From positions 288,001-352,000 of the forward strand of contig CAVWLP010000002.1 in assembly GCA_963755915.1 (NCBI GenBank): a stretch of 64,000 nucleotides of DNA. Reading direction: 5' to 3'. This DNA is from an uncultured Phycisphaerales bacterium. Lineage in GTDB: Bacteria > Planctomycetota > Phycisphaerae > Tepidisphaerales > Tepidisphaeraceae. Position 1 is the first letter of the stretch, and every line of letters begins with the position of its first letter. Below are positions 30,866-44,793 of the stretch, piece by piece. The notes beneath the pieces were generated by a model. It was given only the letters and a program-made list of their open reading frames with translations, was not told the DNA's origin and made no database searches. A program made the translations under genes and the position numbers.

Positions 30866-30907
30866 AGTCGCACCTTCTGGTTGATTGTTTCGATTCTATG
30901 GTCGGTC

Positions 30908-31456
30908 TCACTCAATTTCACCAGCCCACATCGGACTTTTATTCGGCGACCGCGCGCCCGCGGTAATTTCCACACGGGTTTTAGCCGCTACCGATCCTCC
31001 GAGCAATCCGCTCGCCTCGAAAGAATAGATGCTGCTCCCCGCCTTGGCCTGGATACTGGCAAGCTTCACCGCGCCGTCGGCAGAACTGATCGCCCAGACT
31101 TCATATTCATCGCCCTGATCGAGCACCGGTAACTGGTCGCACATCAGATATCCGCGCTGCTCGCTGCTGTTCCACGCGATCACCGCCCCGGCAAACCCCG
31201 AATCGGCTGTTGAGGCAAGGTGAATCAGTTGGGTTTGCGGATTGGAGAGGAATTTTCCAAGATCCTCCATCCGCCCTTCCATCACCGAATCGACCGCCGC
31301 CAATACGTCCGCCCGGTCGCGCTGCGCTGTCGCGGTCACCCGTTCATATTCCACGGCGCTGGCCGCAAAACCGAGCCCCAGGCACGCGAAAAACAAAACC
31401 ATCGGCCAGGTTGTCCGCTCTTCCCCGCTCTCCTCATTGCGCTTCTCATCCGTCAT
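30908..31456 (-). CDS. RskA-like anti-sigma C-terminal domain protein
   Basis: TM helix, then LPVLDQGDEYEVWAI (RskA-like). Confidence 0.65.
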   Translation of the reverse strand: MTDEKRNEESGEERTTWPMVLFFACLGLGFAASAVEYERVTATAQRDRADVLAAVDSVMEGRMEDLGKFLSNPQTQLIHLASTADSGFAGAVIAWNSSEQRGYLMCDQLPVLDQGDEYEVWAISSADGAVKLASIQAKAGSSIYSFEASGLLGGSVAAKTRVEITAGARSPNKSPMWAGEIE

Positions 31457-31623
31457 ATCGACACTCCTGCAACTACCCTCACGATTTTCCCTCCAACCCC
31501 GTCACAAGGGAAGCCCCAGGCACCGCACAATTTATTCATCCGCCCCAATTTCTGTCTATCGGGAGGATAGCACTCTTGTTAGACTTTATCTCTTGAACAA
31601 CCGCGGGAAAGAACAGTCGTATT

Positions 31624-32499
31624 ATGCTAATCCGCATCGGTTTTGACGTTATATTCGATATCCCCGCTCCCACTCCCATGATCCTGATGCTCTATACGCA
31701 TCCCTCCAGGCTGGGGAGCCTCTCTGCGCCCGAAGTGATCCAATCCTCCCCTTCGGTACCGATTTCCACCTTCATCGACTCCTTCGGCAACCGCTGTGGC
31801 CGGTTGCTCGCCCCCATCGGACAGCTTCGGCTTACCCACGAGGCCATCGTCCGCGATACCGGCCTTCCCGATGCCATTCAGCCCGACGCCAGACAGTGGG
31901 ACGTCCATGCCCTGCCGCCCGAGGCGATCCAGTTCCTCTTCGCCAGCCGATATTGCGAAACCGATCATCTCAGCCAGATTGCCTGGGACCTGTTTGGAAA
32001 CACCGTTCCCGGCTGGACGCGCGTGCAGGCGGTTTGCGATTGGGTGCACAACCATGTGCAGTTTGGATATCAGTTCGCCCGGGTCAACAAGACGGCGTTT
32101 GATGTGTACAAGGAGCGACAGGGCGTCTGTCGCGATTTTTCCCACCTCCTGATCGCGCTTCTGCGCTGCCTGAACATTCCCGCCCGGTATGCAACGGGAT
32201 ACCTGGGCGACATCGGCGTGCCGATCAATCCCGACCCCATGGATTTCAGCGCCTGGACCGAAGTTTTCCTCGATGGCCGCTGGTACACCTTCGACGCCCG
32301 GCACAATATGCCGCGCGTCGGACGCGTCGTCATGGCCCGCGGCCGCGACGCCGTCGACGTGGCCATCACGACTTCATTTGGGCCGACGCAACTCAGCAGA
32401 TTCAATGTCATCACCGATGAGATTCCCATGGATGAAGATCACGTTCCTCATCCGATGACCGCTTCGGTGCCGCAGCAGGCGGTGCAGATCACCACCTGA
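31624..32499 (+). CDS. Transglutaminase-family protein
   Basis: GVCRDFSH, IPARYATGYLGD, MDFSAW and RGRDAVD motifs. Confidence 0.92.
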   Translation: MLIRIGFDVIFDIPAPTPMILMLYTHPSRLGSLSAPEVIQSSPSVPISTFIDSFGNRCGRLLAPIGQLRLTHEAIVRDTGLPDAIQPDARQWDVHALPPEAIQFLFASRYCETDHLSQIAWDLFGNTVPGWTRVQAVCDWVHNHVQFGYQFARVNKTAFDVYKERQGVCRDFSHLLIALLRCLNIPARYATGYLGDIGVPINPDPMDFSAWTEVFLDGRWYTFDARHNMPRVGRVVMARGRDAVDVAITTSFGPTQLSRFNVITDEIPMDEDHVPHPMTASVPQQAVQITT

Positions 32500-32512
32500 T
32501 ATACCCGCAAAT

Positions 32513-33183
32513 TTATCGCACGCTGATCTGCGGCAAGTGCTCCGGCACGCTATCAATCACCCCGCGTTCCTTCAGCAACTGTGCCATCTCCCCAATATGC
32601 GAATTCAGATACGGAATCAGCGCCGGGTTGCTATGCGAATCATGCCCGTTGCGCAGCATCTCCCGCGCCGCCTCGTCCGGATCCCCATGCTCCACCAGCA
32701 CCCGGTAGAAAAAGACCGCCCCGTTTGTCCGCTGCGCCCCGCTTGAGCAGTGAACCAGCACCACCCGCCCGGCCCTGCGCCCTCCACCATCTGCTGCACC
32801 GCGTTGGCATATTCGTGAATATCCCCCGTCCCGTCCCCCAGCAGCGGATCGACAAACCGCTCGATCCCCATGTCCTTAGCAGCCTGCAATTCCGCCTGCA
32901 CGTCGGGATCGGTCGGATCATCCGAAACCAGGGCCACGATCGTGTTGATGTGATTGTCCCCCAACACCCCGCGGATCAGATGCCGATCGATCTGTCCGCT
33001 GGCATACACCTGCCCCGCATCCACTACCCTGAACTTTCGCGGAACAAACCGGTCCTTCCACCGCCCAGCATTGGCGCTGACGTACCACCCCGCCAATCCA
33101 AGCAGTACCAGTGCCACTCCCCATTTCCACCACGCAATCCGCGCCCGCGGCTTGGTATGGGATATTTGCGCATCCTGCGACAT
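32513..33183 (-). CDS. Protein-tyrosine/dual-specificity phosphatase family (frameshift near 32770)
   Basis: N-terminal TM; VYASGQ; VLVHCSSGAQRT (CX5R). Confidence 0.8.
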
Positions 33184-33212
33184 CAAACTGCCTGCGATCC
33201 TATCACTTTTGC

Positions 33213-36200
33213 TTACGCGCCGCCCGCAACCCTTCCCCTGAATCTCCGCCAAATCCTCCACGCCAGCCACCCCAACGCGGCCCACGGCAGGATCAGGCAA
33301 AGGCCAATCGTCACCAATTCCAAACTGTACGCCAGCCCATGCACGCTAGCGCTGATCCCATTTTTCAAACCCTGCCAGAGCCCGGCATCCGGGCCAACGA
33401 TTCCGCTGCCGGCAGCCAGCGTGACATCCAGCTTCGCCTGGGCGAAATCAGCCGCGGGCACGCTTAAATCTTCGGTGCTCTCGACCGTTTGCACGGTGCC
33501 GCTGTCGCGAACCTGGTTTACATAGTCCGCCCCCTTGCTCAGCGGAACGACGACCACGAGATGCCCCTCATATTTGTCGTTCTTCACCAGGTGCTGCTCG
33601 ACGACGCGTCCCCCCGCCGCCAGGGCGGCCGCCTGCAAATCGCCCAAGGCACTCTCCGGGTCGGAAACCTGCACGTTCATGGTCGTCGTCTGCCGGGCGG
33701 GCAAATCGTTCAAATCCTGGATCGTCAATCGCAGCTCCGATTTTTCATCGGTCGTCGCGTTCATATCCGCCGAGCGGGCGACGCTTTTTGAAATCGTTCC
33801 GCCGCCGGAATCCTGGATTGCCGACTCGACTTTCTCCTTCGCCGCGGCCGTAACGACCAGGTCGAGCTGACCCGATGGGCTCGAAGGATTCGACTGATCG
33901 AGATTGGCCGCGGCGATTTTCGCGCCGGCCTGCTGCGCGACTGCCAGAATCCGCCCGTATGCGCCGCTCACATCGGCAACCGCGATCGTCCGCGCCGTCA
34001 CTTCCCGCGGCTGAAGCGCATCGGCACTGGCCAGCGTCAGGCAATACCCCACCTTGCTGTCGAGCGTGTGCTCCGTATCCGTCGACCGGCTGCTGGAGCG
34101 CGAAATCACCCGCCCATTGGTCCCCACCGCATCCACGATCGCCTGCTCGATTTCGCCCTGATGCTCCCGCCCCACATCAAACGCAAGCGTCGCCGAATCG
34201 GAACCCCCACTTTGCTCCTGGAGCTGGGCCGTCGTCACATTCCCCCCGTCCTTGCGCACGATCGCGAGCATCGCCTGATACGCCTTAGCCACCGATTGCC
34301 CCGGCATCAGCGTGATCTGCGCCGACTCCCGCGGCGCCACCGCCGCCGCCGATGCCAGCGTCAGGTCAAACGCCTGCTTGGCATCGGTGACATTTTCCGC
34401 GTCCGGATTCTCCGTCACCGTAAGCTGCATGACTTCACCCAGCTCCCTGATCTGCGCCAGCAGCGCCCCCGCCTTTTCGCGCGGAACGTCGAAATTCAGG
34501 GACGCATCCGCCTGCTCGGGCTTGATCCGGTTCAGGCTCGAATTCACCACCCGACCCCCCGCATCCGTCACGGCCGAAAGAATCGCGTGATACGCCGTCT
34601 CCACGTCCGGGCAAGCCATCGAAACGCTGCTCGTCTGCCGCGCCGCGACATTCGCCAGGTTGTAAATCGAAATCACCAGTTGCGTATCCAGCCGCTCGAC
34701 TTTCAGCCCCGGCACGGCTGTCGTTCCCTGAGGCAAAGTCTGCTGCCGATTGATATTCATCCGCGCCACTCGCCCCAATCCTCTGAGCTGATCGATGATC
34801 GGCCCCGCCGCATCCGGCGAAACATCCGCCATGATCGTCGCCTGAAATTGCCCGGCATCCAGCTTCTTCAATTCCGCCTGGATAATCCGCGCCTTTACCC
34901 CGTCCAGCGCGGCCATCGCCTGGTCGCGGGCTTTCTCCACATCCGCCGTCTCAATCCCCATGTCCACAACTTCCTGCTCGCTGGCCAGCGCCGCTTGGCG
35001 AAAATCGCGCTCCATCAGCGAAATCTGCAGCGTCGAGAGCGAAACCAGGTTGTTGTCATAGTTGATCTGCCCGGTCACCTGCTCAACTTTTTCCCGCCAG
35101 ACGCCGACCTGGTCTTCCGCGGCCAGCAGTTCCCTCACCGTCCCCTTGCTCGTCTTGATGATCTCCAGCAGCCGGTCCTCCATCGCCTGCGCGGCCCGAA
35201 GCTCGCTCTGAAGATCGGTGTACTGCCGTGCGATGTCTTCCGAGGTAATCTGTTGCGCCTTCAGATCTCCCAGCGCGAAGCTTCAAAACCAGAGTATCCA
35301 GATGCTCGGGCGGCACGCGAACGGTGACGGCGCCGCTCATCTTCCCGTTATCCAGCTTGTTCGAATCCGTGTCGGAAACAAACCCACCCTCCTCGGCGGC
35401 AATCTTGCTGATCTGCACGAAGGCTGAGTCGAAGCTGTCCACTTCGAAGGACATCACGCCATTGCGGATAATTTTTCGCCCGGATTCCGGTTGCCCGGTT
35501 TGATCGGCTTGGGGACTCTCGCTCCGTGACGACTCACCCCCAGCACGACCACCGGCGCCACCCCCCCACCGAATCCGCCGCCGCCAAAACGGCGTGCCTC
35601 GCCGGGCGCAGGCGGCGTTGTCTGGCCCGCGCTTGCCGACGACACCGCGGCCTCCGATTGCAGGTTCTCCACCGATTTTGCCGCATCCACACTCGCAGGC
35701 TCGTAGCTTTCCGCCTCGCCCGGTGCCGGGGCTTTTAGCTCGCTGTCATACGTATATGCCGCCGTCGGCGCCGGCTTGTTTGCGGCAGAGAGTTCATCCT
35801 TTGCACCGTCCTCGGAAAGCGCCTTTTGTGAAATGGTCGAACTCGAAGAGTTACCTGGATAGCCAGACCTGTCGTCCTGGGCACTTTGCTCTTGCGCCTG
35901 CTGTGCCGCGATATCCGCTGCCACCGCAAACGTCGGCTCTAGCCCTTTCCCCATCCGATATCCGCCGCCCAATTCTTTTGTGTCTGGATTCGGGTTTGCG
36001 TAAGAATAGCTCAGCGGCGTTGCCACGGGCTGCGTTGCCGCAAGAGGACCCAAGTTCGGCGTGAGAGTCGCCTGCCCCATCTGCCGCAGGTTGCTCAGAT
36101 CATTCGCTACATACTCTCCCGCCCCCACCCCCTGCTCACGTCTCCCCTGCATCGCCTGCACCGTCCAATACCCCAGCCCCCCCACCAACACAATCGCCGC

Positions 36201-36542
36201 CGCCGCGGTCGCGGCTCGCACGATCACGGGGCGCAGCCGGATCGGCCGCAGCCGGATGGGATTCATCAGCCCCGCCATTTTCCATCCCGATCTCCGCAGC
36301 CGCTGAATCACCCGATCTTCAAACCCCGGGCTCGGCGCGATTTCCGCAAACAAATCGCGCAGCGAATCATCCTCCCCCTTCGCCCACGCCAGCTTTCCGG
36401 CGCATTCCGCGCACCCGGCTGCGTGCGATTCAAACTCGCGGCGCTCTTCCCCGCTCATCCCATCCGTGAGATACGTCGCTATCCGCTCGGCAAACCAGTC
36501 GTGTTGTGATGTTTCAGATGTCATGATTCGATTCTCATTCAA
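33213..36542 (-). CDS. zf-HC2 anti-sigma factor fused to tandem DUF4349-like repeats (frameshifts near 35270 and 35500)
   Basis: HAAGCAEC motif and a TM helix; three ORF pieces form one protein; about six repeated units; C-terminal TM. Confidence 0.8.
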
Positions 36543-37095
36543 TGTTCAGCCGTTTCATTTCCGCCCGCAGCATCGCCATTCCGCGGCCCAGCAGGCCGCG
36601 CAGCGAGCCGTTGCTGATGGCCAGCTCCTTGCTTATCGCTTCGTAATCCGCCCCGGCAAGATACCGCATCGTCAGCGGCAATCGATATTCCCTCGGCATG
36701 GACCTCAGCAGCGAAAGCACCGCTTCCCGCCTCTCGCGCGAGGCAGCCGATTCGCGCGGATCGGGCCGAGAATCGGCGACCGCCGCTATCGCCGCATCCC
36801 CATTGCTCTGTTTCACCCGCGCTTCCCGCCGAACGCTTTGCAGCAGCGCGCTATGCCCGATCGAAAAAAGCCACCCGCGAAAGGCCTTCGGATCGCTCAG
36901 CGACCCGATCGACCTCCATGCCAGCAGATACGCTTCCTGGGCAATATCCTCCGCCCGGTGCGAGTCCCCCGTCTCCAGATAAATCTTCGCAAAAAGCCCC
37001 CGGCTCGTTCGGCGCACCAGCTCCTCAAACGCCTCCCGGTCTCCCCTCTTGCTGCACCGCGCCAGCTCCTCGTCTGCCTCGATCAGCGGTCCCAT
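36535..37095 (-). CDS. ECF RNA polymerase sigma factor
   Basis: GDREAFEELV, AEDIAQEAYL, FRGWLFSI and YEAISKEL motifs. Confidence 0.92.
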   Translation of the reverse strand: MGPLIEADEELARCSKRGDREAFEELVRRTSRGLFAKIYLETGDSHRAEDIAQEAYLLAWRSIGSLSDPKAFRGWLFSIGHSALLQSVRREARVKQSNGDAAIAAVADSRPDPRESAASRERREAVLSLLRSMPREYRLPLTMRYLAGADYEAISKELAISNGSLRGLLGRGMAMLRAEMKRLNIE

Positions 37096-37194
37096 CACCC
37101 TCCTTAGATGCACGAGAGGGGAATTCAGCGCGCAAAATCGCCATTTTTTCAGGAAGGGGCTGAAAATGCGGGAAATACGGCCTCTGGCAGGCGT

Positions 37195-39461
<2,267 letters not shown>

Positions 39462-39973
39462 TTACAGCGGATGGGGGGCCGTCCGGGGCGGTGTTCGTTC
39501 AGTCAATTTTCATCATTCGCGATGGGATGATATGGCGCAGGTGTTTGGGGCAAATATGCCGCGCGGTCTTTCGCGCAGGGCCGCCGCATACGGACCTCGG
39601 GGCATGATTTAATTTTGCGTGCGGTGATTTTTTTGGTTCGGGGGACTTCGAGACAAAATTGGACACTCCGCAATAAACTGGGGTGGATGGGTAAATTGGG
39701 TAAGGGGGAATGGGGCTTTGGACATTTTTTGACCACATAAGAGTCGAAATAATGCCGCGGTTTCTCTTCGCCCGCTTGGAAGTCTTTTCTACTTTTTGTT
39801 TCCGTCAGGTGGCTTCTGGCAGCCAGACATCCACTTTGGCCGTTTGAATGTTGTCACGGGGCGCGCCAAAACCAGCCAGGGCGGGGCGCTTCAAAACCGG
39901 CCAATGTGCTGACGTATTCTATACCGCATCCGTTCTATCCGACGCAACTGTTCCTTGAGTTATTGGTCCCCGT

Positions 39974-40864
39974 TCACGCCGTCTGGCCGGCGGATACCCC
40001 CACATCAGAAGACAACGGCGGCTCTGTCACGGTGTCTTCCGGGGGGGAGCACCCTTCATCGCCGGCGGTACTCCGCCGTCCTTTTGGATTTGTCTTTTCC
40101 GGTGTCCCGGATTGGCCTGCCGTGAGCGAAGTCGAATGGCCCCCATGCCGAAGGCGGTAGCTCTTGCCGGTGATGTTGATGATCGTGGCGTGCTGCAGGA
40201 ACCGATCCAGAATGGCCGTGGCCGCCGGCACGTCGCCGATCAGCTTGGCCCAGTCCTCCAGTGGACGGTTGCTGGTCATCATCGTCGAGCGGTTCTCGTG
40301 CCGGCGCATGACGATCTCCAGCAGGCATTCGCCGCTGCGCCGCGGAAGCTGCTTCATTCCCATGTCGTCGATGATAAGCAGATCAGGCTTGAGATACCGG
40401 GCCAGCGTCTTGTCCTGGGCTCCCAGATCCTCGTCGCCTAAAAAGTCGCGGGCCAGGTCGAAGATGGATCGGTACAGGACCACCAAGCCGCTCTTGATCG
40501 CCTGGTGTCCGATGGCCTGGGCCAAAAACGATTTGCCCACGCCGGGCGGACCCAGCAAGAGCACGTCACGTTTGTCACGAATGAACTGGCCGGCGGCCAG
40601 ATCGTGAATCTGTTTGCGTTTGATGGAGGTGTTGAAGGAGAAGTCGAACTCGTCGAGGTTTTTGGTGTCGCGGAACATCGCCGCCTTGACGCGCCGGCCG
40701 ATCTGCCGGCTGGATCGGACGTTCAGTTCATCCTGAAGGATCAGTTCCAAAAACTCACTGTGGTCGAGCCGATTGCCGGCCGCCTCGCTCAGGCGAACTT
40801 CAAGGCTGCTCGCCAGACCTGAAAGCCGAAGTTGCTTGAGCGTCTGCATCAACGAAGGTCTCAT
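39974..40864 (-). CDS. istB: IS21 helper ATPase
   Basis: GPPGVGKS, LLIIDDMG, TSNR and AILDRF motifs. Confidence 0.95.
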   Translation of the reverse strand: MRPSLMQTLKQLRLSGLASSLEVRLSEAAGNRLDHSEFLELILQDELNVRSSRQIGRRVKAAMFRDTKNLDEFDFSFNTSIKRKQIHDLAAGQFIRDKRDVLLLGPPGVGKSFLAQAIGHQAIKSGLVVLYRSIFDLARDFLGDEDLGAQDKTLARYLKPDLLIIDDMGMKQLPRRSGECLLEIVMRRHENRSTMMTSNRPLEDWAKLIGDVPAATAILDRFLQHATIINITGKSYRLRHGGHSTSLTAGQSGTPEKTNPKGRRSTAGDEGCSPPEDTVTEPPLSSDVGVSAGQTA

Positions 40865-42565
40865 GGGGTGGACTCCCTTCGGCTCTGCTCAGGGCAGGCC
40901 TGTAAAGGTTGTGCGGCAGGCAAAGCCTCCGCTTGGGTGATTGCGTCGCGTACGAACTGTCCGTAATCGGCCAGTCCGCGGATGATTGGATGTTCCTGAA
41001 CAAACTCGAAGTGTTGTTGAACCGGCGCACCGTTTTGGTGTTCGATGAGCTGCCGCAGGGAGCGCAGGTGATACGCGCCATGCCCCAGAGCAATCTCGCA
41101 GGCTCGTTCCACGGCCGGTCGCGGCTGCTGATTGGCCAGCGACAGCAGCCCCATCAACACGCGCACGCCTTCGATGCCGCGATGCTGAAGCATTGACTGC
41201 GCCCACTGCGTGGCGTGCGGCCCGATGCATTCGATCCGCTGGAGAAGCCAGGTCGTTCCACGCTCGATGCCGCTGATCTTCTCCGGCAGGATATGGGCGT
41301 CTTGCGTCGAGAACCTGCCCGGCGGACGCTGCGCGTGCAGAGCGATCGCACGCATCTTCTGATCGAACAGCCGGACCGTGCGCCGTCCCACCGCGCCCAG
41401 ACCCGCTGGCCCAAAAACTCCGGCGGGACCGAATAGTACGCCCCCTTGATCTCCACGTGCCCGTCGCGGTGAACACTGCGCAACGCCTCGGTGAAAAGAT
41501 CGAATCGCACCGGCGGCAGAGCCAACAGTGCCGGCTTCTCTACCTGCTCGAAGACTTCCTTCACCTGCCGCCGCGTCGTGCCGTGGATGCGCGTGTCGGC
41601 CACGCTCTTCTCCCACGTCAGCAGATGCGCGTTCTGATCCGAGAGCGAGGCGAATTGCCGGCCTTTGAGAGCATTGCTCTTCACATAGCCGATGCCCCGC
41701 TCGATCTTCCCCTTGTGCCGCGGCGTGTACGGCTTGGTGGGCAGAATGGCGATTCCATAATGTTCGGCGAACGACCGGACCTTGGGACACAACTCCGCCT
41801 CGAACCAGTCCGCCCGCGTCACCGCCGCGCGAAGATTGTCGATCACCAGCGCTGACGGCATCCCGCCGAAGTGCGTAAAGGCATTTTCCAGACAACGCAG
41901 AAAATCATCGGTCGTCTGCCGCTCCACCGCCTCGGCGTACCCCTTGCGGCTGTGGCTCAGCACAATGCGGAAGACCCAGGTTGCTTTGCGTTTGCCGTCA
42001 GGACCGACCAGGGCGCACCCCGGCCGAAGTCCACCTGCACTCGGCTCCCGGCTCGCATTCCATCCGGCGAAAGGGCGCCGGCGCGGCAGCCGAGAGCTTC
42101 TTGATGAACCGGCGCACGCTGTAATAGCTGCCGGCATAGCCGTGATCGCTGGAGATGTCTTGATAAATCCGCTGGGCCGTCAGCCCGGCTTCCAACTTCT
42201 GAACAATGACCTCACGCCAGGGCGATGCCGTACTGACCGACCCGATGGGCGCACCGGATAACCCGGTGGGCGCGCTCTCCGAGCCGCCTGCGGCGAGCAC
42301 CGTCGAGCCGCCTGCGGCGAGCACCGTCGAGCCGCCTGCGGCGAGCACCGTCGAGCCGCCTGCGGCGAGCACCGTCGAGCCGAGGGGCGCGCTGGCCGGT
42401 TTTGAATCCGATCCGGGCACCGCAGGATCGCCGCCCGACAACCGGATGTGGCGTCCAACGGTCTCCCGGTGAACGCCGAGTTGGCGGGCGATGTTCCGAT
42501 TGGACCAGCCGCTGCGCAAGTGCCAAAATTGCTTGTACTTCCGCCATCTTGAGTTGATTGGCCAT
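40861..42565 (-). CDS. istA: IS21 transposase (several frameshifts)
   Basis: HTH; VLSHSRK, VIDNLRAAV, PRHKGKIE and YSVP motifs spread across frames. Confidence 0.9.
42280..42382. repeat. 24-bp tandem repeat x4.3 (in frame, STVLAAGG)
   Basis: Exact cgagccgcctgcggcgagcaccgt units with no spacers. Confidence 0.9.
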
Positions 42566-42681
42566 CCCACCATTGGCTTGCGGCAACCGCCGAAAGCCAA
42601 GGTCGATAACCCAATCTCCTGTGCCTCAAAATGGCCGGTTTTGGCGCGCCCTCAATTGGCCGGTTTTGCGCCCCCATGACA

Positions 42682-43095
42682 GCCAGCCCCCACGCCTTGC
42701 TCTGGTCCGGCACGGCAGACAGTGCCGTAGATCTCAACCCCAGCGGGTTTGACGACTCAGTTGCCGCTTACACCAATGGCACACTGCAAGCCGGTTACGG
42801 TTATACCGATGGTCAAACGCACGCGCTACTCTGGTCCGGCACGGCCGCGTCAGCGCTCGATCTTCAGGGGCTGCTTCCCTTGGGCGTCCCGCCTTACGAC
42901 TGGCTCGGGTCCTTCGCCAACACGATTGACGCCGAGGGCAATATTTTCGGTTACGCCGACGGAACGTACAACGGGACCAGCGGTTTCTTCGCGGTCGAGT
43001 GGTCGCCGGTGCCGGAGCCTGCTTCGCTAAGCATCTTGACGGTGGGAGCGGTAGGTTTGATGGTCCGTCGCCGGCGCATGGGGGCTGCATTTTAA
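42682..43095 (+). pseudogene. 5'-truncated PEP-CTERM protein with HAF-like repeats
   Basis: HALLWSGT x2; VPEPASLSILTVGAVGLMVRRRR; begins exactly at the IS21 end. Confidence 0.85.
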
Positions 43096-43102
43096 CTGGG
43101 GA

Positions 43103-44293
43103 TCATCGCACGGCCTGGTATCCACCGCGGACGCCGTGTTTTGAGAGGACGATTTGCCAAAGCTGATATTTGCGCGATCGGAAGGCCCCGGCGCAGCTGA
43201 GCAGGTAATATTTCCACATTCGATAAAAACGTGAGCCGTATTGTTTTTCGATGGCGGGCCAGCCGCGCTCGAAATTGGCGAACCAGGCCATGAGGGTAGG
43301 ATCGTAATCGCTGCCGAAATTGTGGAGGTCTTCAATGACAAACAAGCCGTCGATGGCGGCGCCGATTTGTTTCAGGGAAGGGGGAACCAGGCCTGGGAAA
43401 ATGTGCTTGACGATCCAGAGGACTTCGGAGTCCTGGGTATTGGGAAGACTGTTGCGGGCGCTGATGAAGTGCAGCAGGCACAGGCCGTCATCGCGCAGGC
43501 AGCGATGGGCCGTTTGCATGAACTGACGATGGTTCTTGGGTCCCACGTGCTCCATACATCCCAGAGACACGACGTGGTCAAAGGGCTCGCTCAGGTCGCG
43601 ATAGTCCTGGAGGCGCACGTCGACCGGGAGTCCGCGGCAGCTTTCGGTCGCAAACTTCACCTGTTCGCTGGAAATGTTAATCGCTACGACGCTTGCGCCA
43701 TGGCGCTCGGCGGCATATTTGGCGAAGCCTCCCCAGCCACAGCCGATGTCCAGCACGCGCTGGCCCTGGCGCAGTCCGATCTTCCGGCAGGCCAACTCGA
43801 CCTTGGCCCCCTGGGCGTCATCCAGCGCGTGGGCGTTCTTCCAATACGCGCAGGTGTACAACATGCGGGGGTCGAGCATGATCTGAAAGAGGTCATTGCC
43901 CAGGTTGTAATGGGCCTCGGCGTTGCGCCGCGATCGGCCTGGGCGTTGAAAATTCCACAGTTTTTGGAGCAGAAATGAGGTTGCAGCGTGCACATCGAAA
44001 GGCAAGCGGCTTGCCAATCCGCTTTGCAGCGCGTGATCGAAGAACTGGTCAATCGCGCCGCAGTCCCACCACCCATCGACGTAGGCATCTCCGAGGGCCA
44101 GCAGGCCGCCCAACATCAGGCGGCGATAGAGCCGCGGATCGTTGACGCGAATATCCCAGGGCCGGTCGCCCCCAACGCGAATGTCGGCAGTAGCCAGCAG
44201 ATCGTTTACGCGACGGGCCAATCGGGGCGCCGATGTGGCAGGCAAGGCGTCGCATGGGGTGGGAATTTTGCTTAGGGCCGCGTCTTTTTGCAT
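43103..44293 (-). CDS. cfa: Cyclopropane-fatty-acyl-phospholipid synthase
   Basis: HYNLGNDLF, VLDIGCGWGG and RFYRMWKYYL motifs. Confidence 0.95.
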   Translation of the reverse strand: MQKDAALSKIPTPCDALPATSAPRLARRVNDLLATADIRVGGDRPWDIRVNDPRLYRRLMLGGLLALGDAYVDGWWDCGAIDQFFDHALQSGLASRLPFDVHAATSFLLQKLWNFQRPGRSRRNAEAHYNLGNDLFQIMLDPRMLYTCAYWKNAHALDDAQGAKVELACRKIGLRQGQRVLDIGCGWGGFAKYAAERHGASVVAINISSEQVKFATESCRGLPVDVRLQDYRDLSEPFDHVVSLGCMEHVGPKNHRQFMQTAHRCLRDDGLCLLHFISARNSLPNTQDSEVLWIVKHIFPGLVPPSLKQIGAAIDGLFVIEDLHNFGSDYDPTLMAWFANFERGWPAIEKQYGSRFYRMWKYYLLSCAGAFRSRKYQLWQIVLSKHGVRGGYQAVR

Positions 44294-44520
44294 TGGAATC
44301 CATCCGATTCAGATTTACCCGGGATGTGAGATCCGGATCTCCGCCGAGAACGTCGGCGACATTATTTCTAGGATACCCAGGGTTTGGAGTTTGTCGAAAT
44401 GTTTTTCTTGGCTCACGGCAGGCGGGGACGCGATCTCGGTTTGGGCAGGTCTGCGTGGCGAGAGCAGCCAGTTTGCGTGCCGGCGCAACTGCGCAAGTCA
44501 CAAATAGAGGATAGATCGCG

Positions 44521-44793
44521 GTAGAGTAGAGAACTGAACGACCCGATTGCCGCTCAGCTCTCCCTCTTCGAACCGGACGAGCGGGTTTCCCGCATCCGGC
44601 TCTCACGGTATTGTTCTTCTCAAGCATTCACGGTCGGAACAGGTCGCAGGCTGATGAGGCCCAGACGCTGCAACTGTTCGTACCAGCTCCTCGCTCCGCG
44701 CACACGGAACGGACGCTGGCTGCGACGTTTAAGGTGTCGTTCCAGTCGCTCCTGCACAAATCGGTTGATCTGACGGAACGCCTTGCGCGGATA
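44521..44793 (-). mobile_element. Group II intron 3' fragment (end of RT ORF, domains V-VI)
   Basis: Identical by eye to 56906-57178; retains the exact intron 3' end. Confidence 0.92.

Larger units (their letters stand above)
39852..42681 (-). mobile_element. IS21-family insertion sequence
   Basis: TGTCA...TGACA ends with repeated CAAAACC(A/G)GCCA boxes; istA-istB; no target duplication. Confidence 0.93.

Noticed and set aside
42280-42382. Possible CRISPR array
   Set aside because: The units are contiguous with no spacers, lie in frame in istA, and no cas genes are present.
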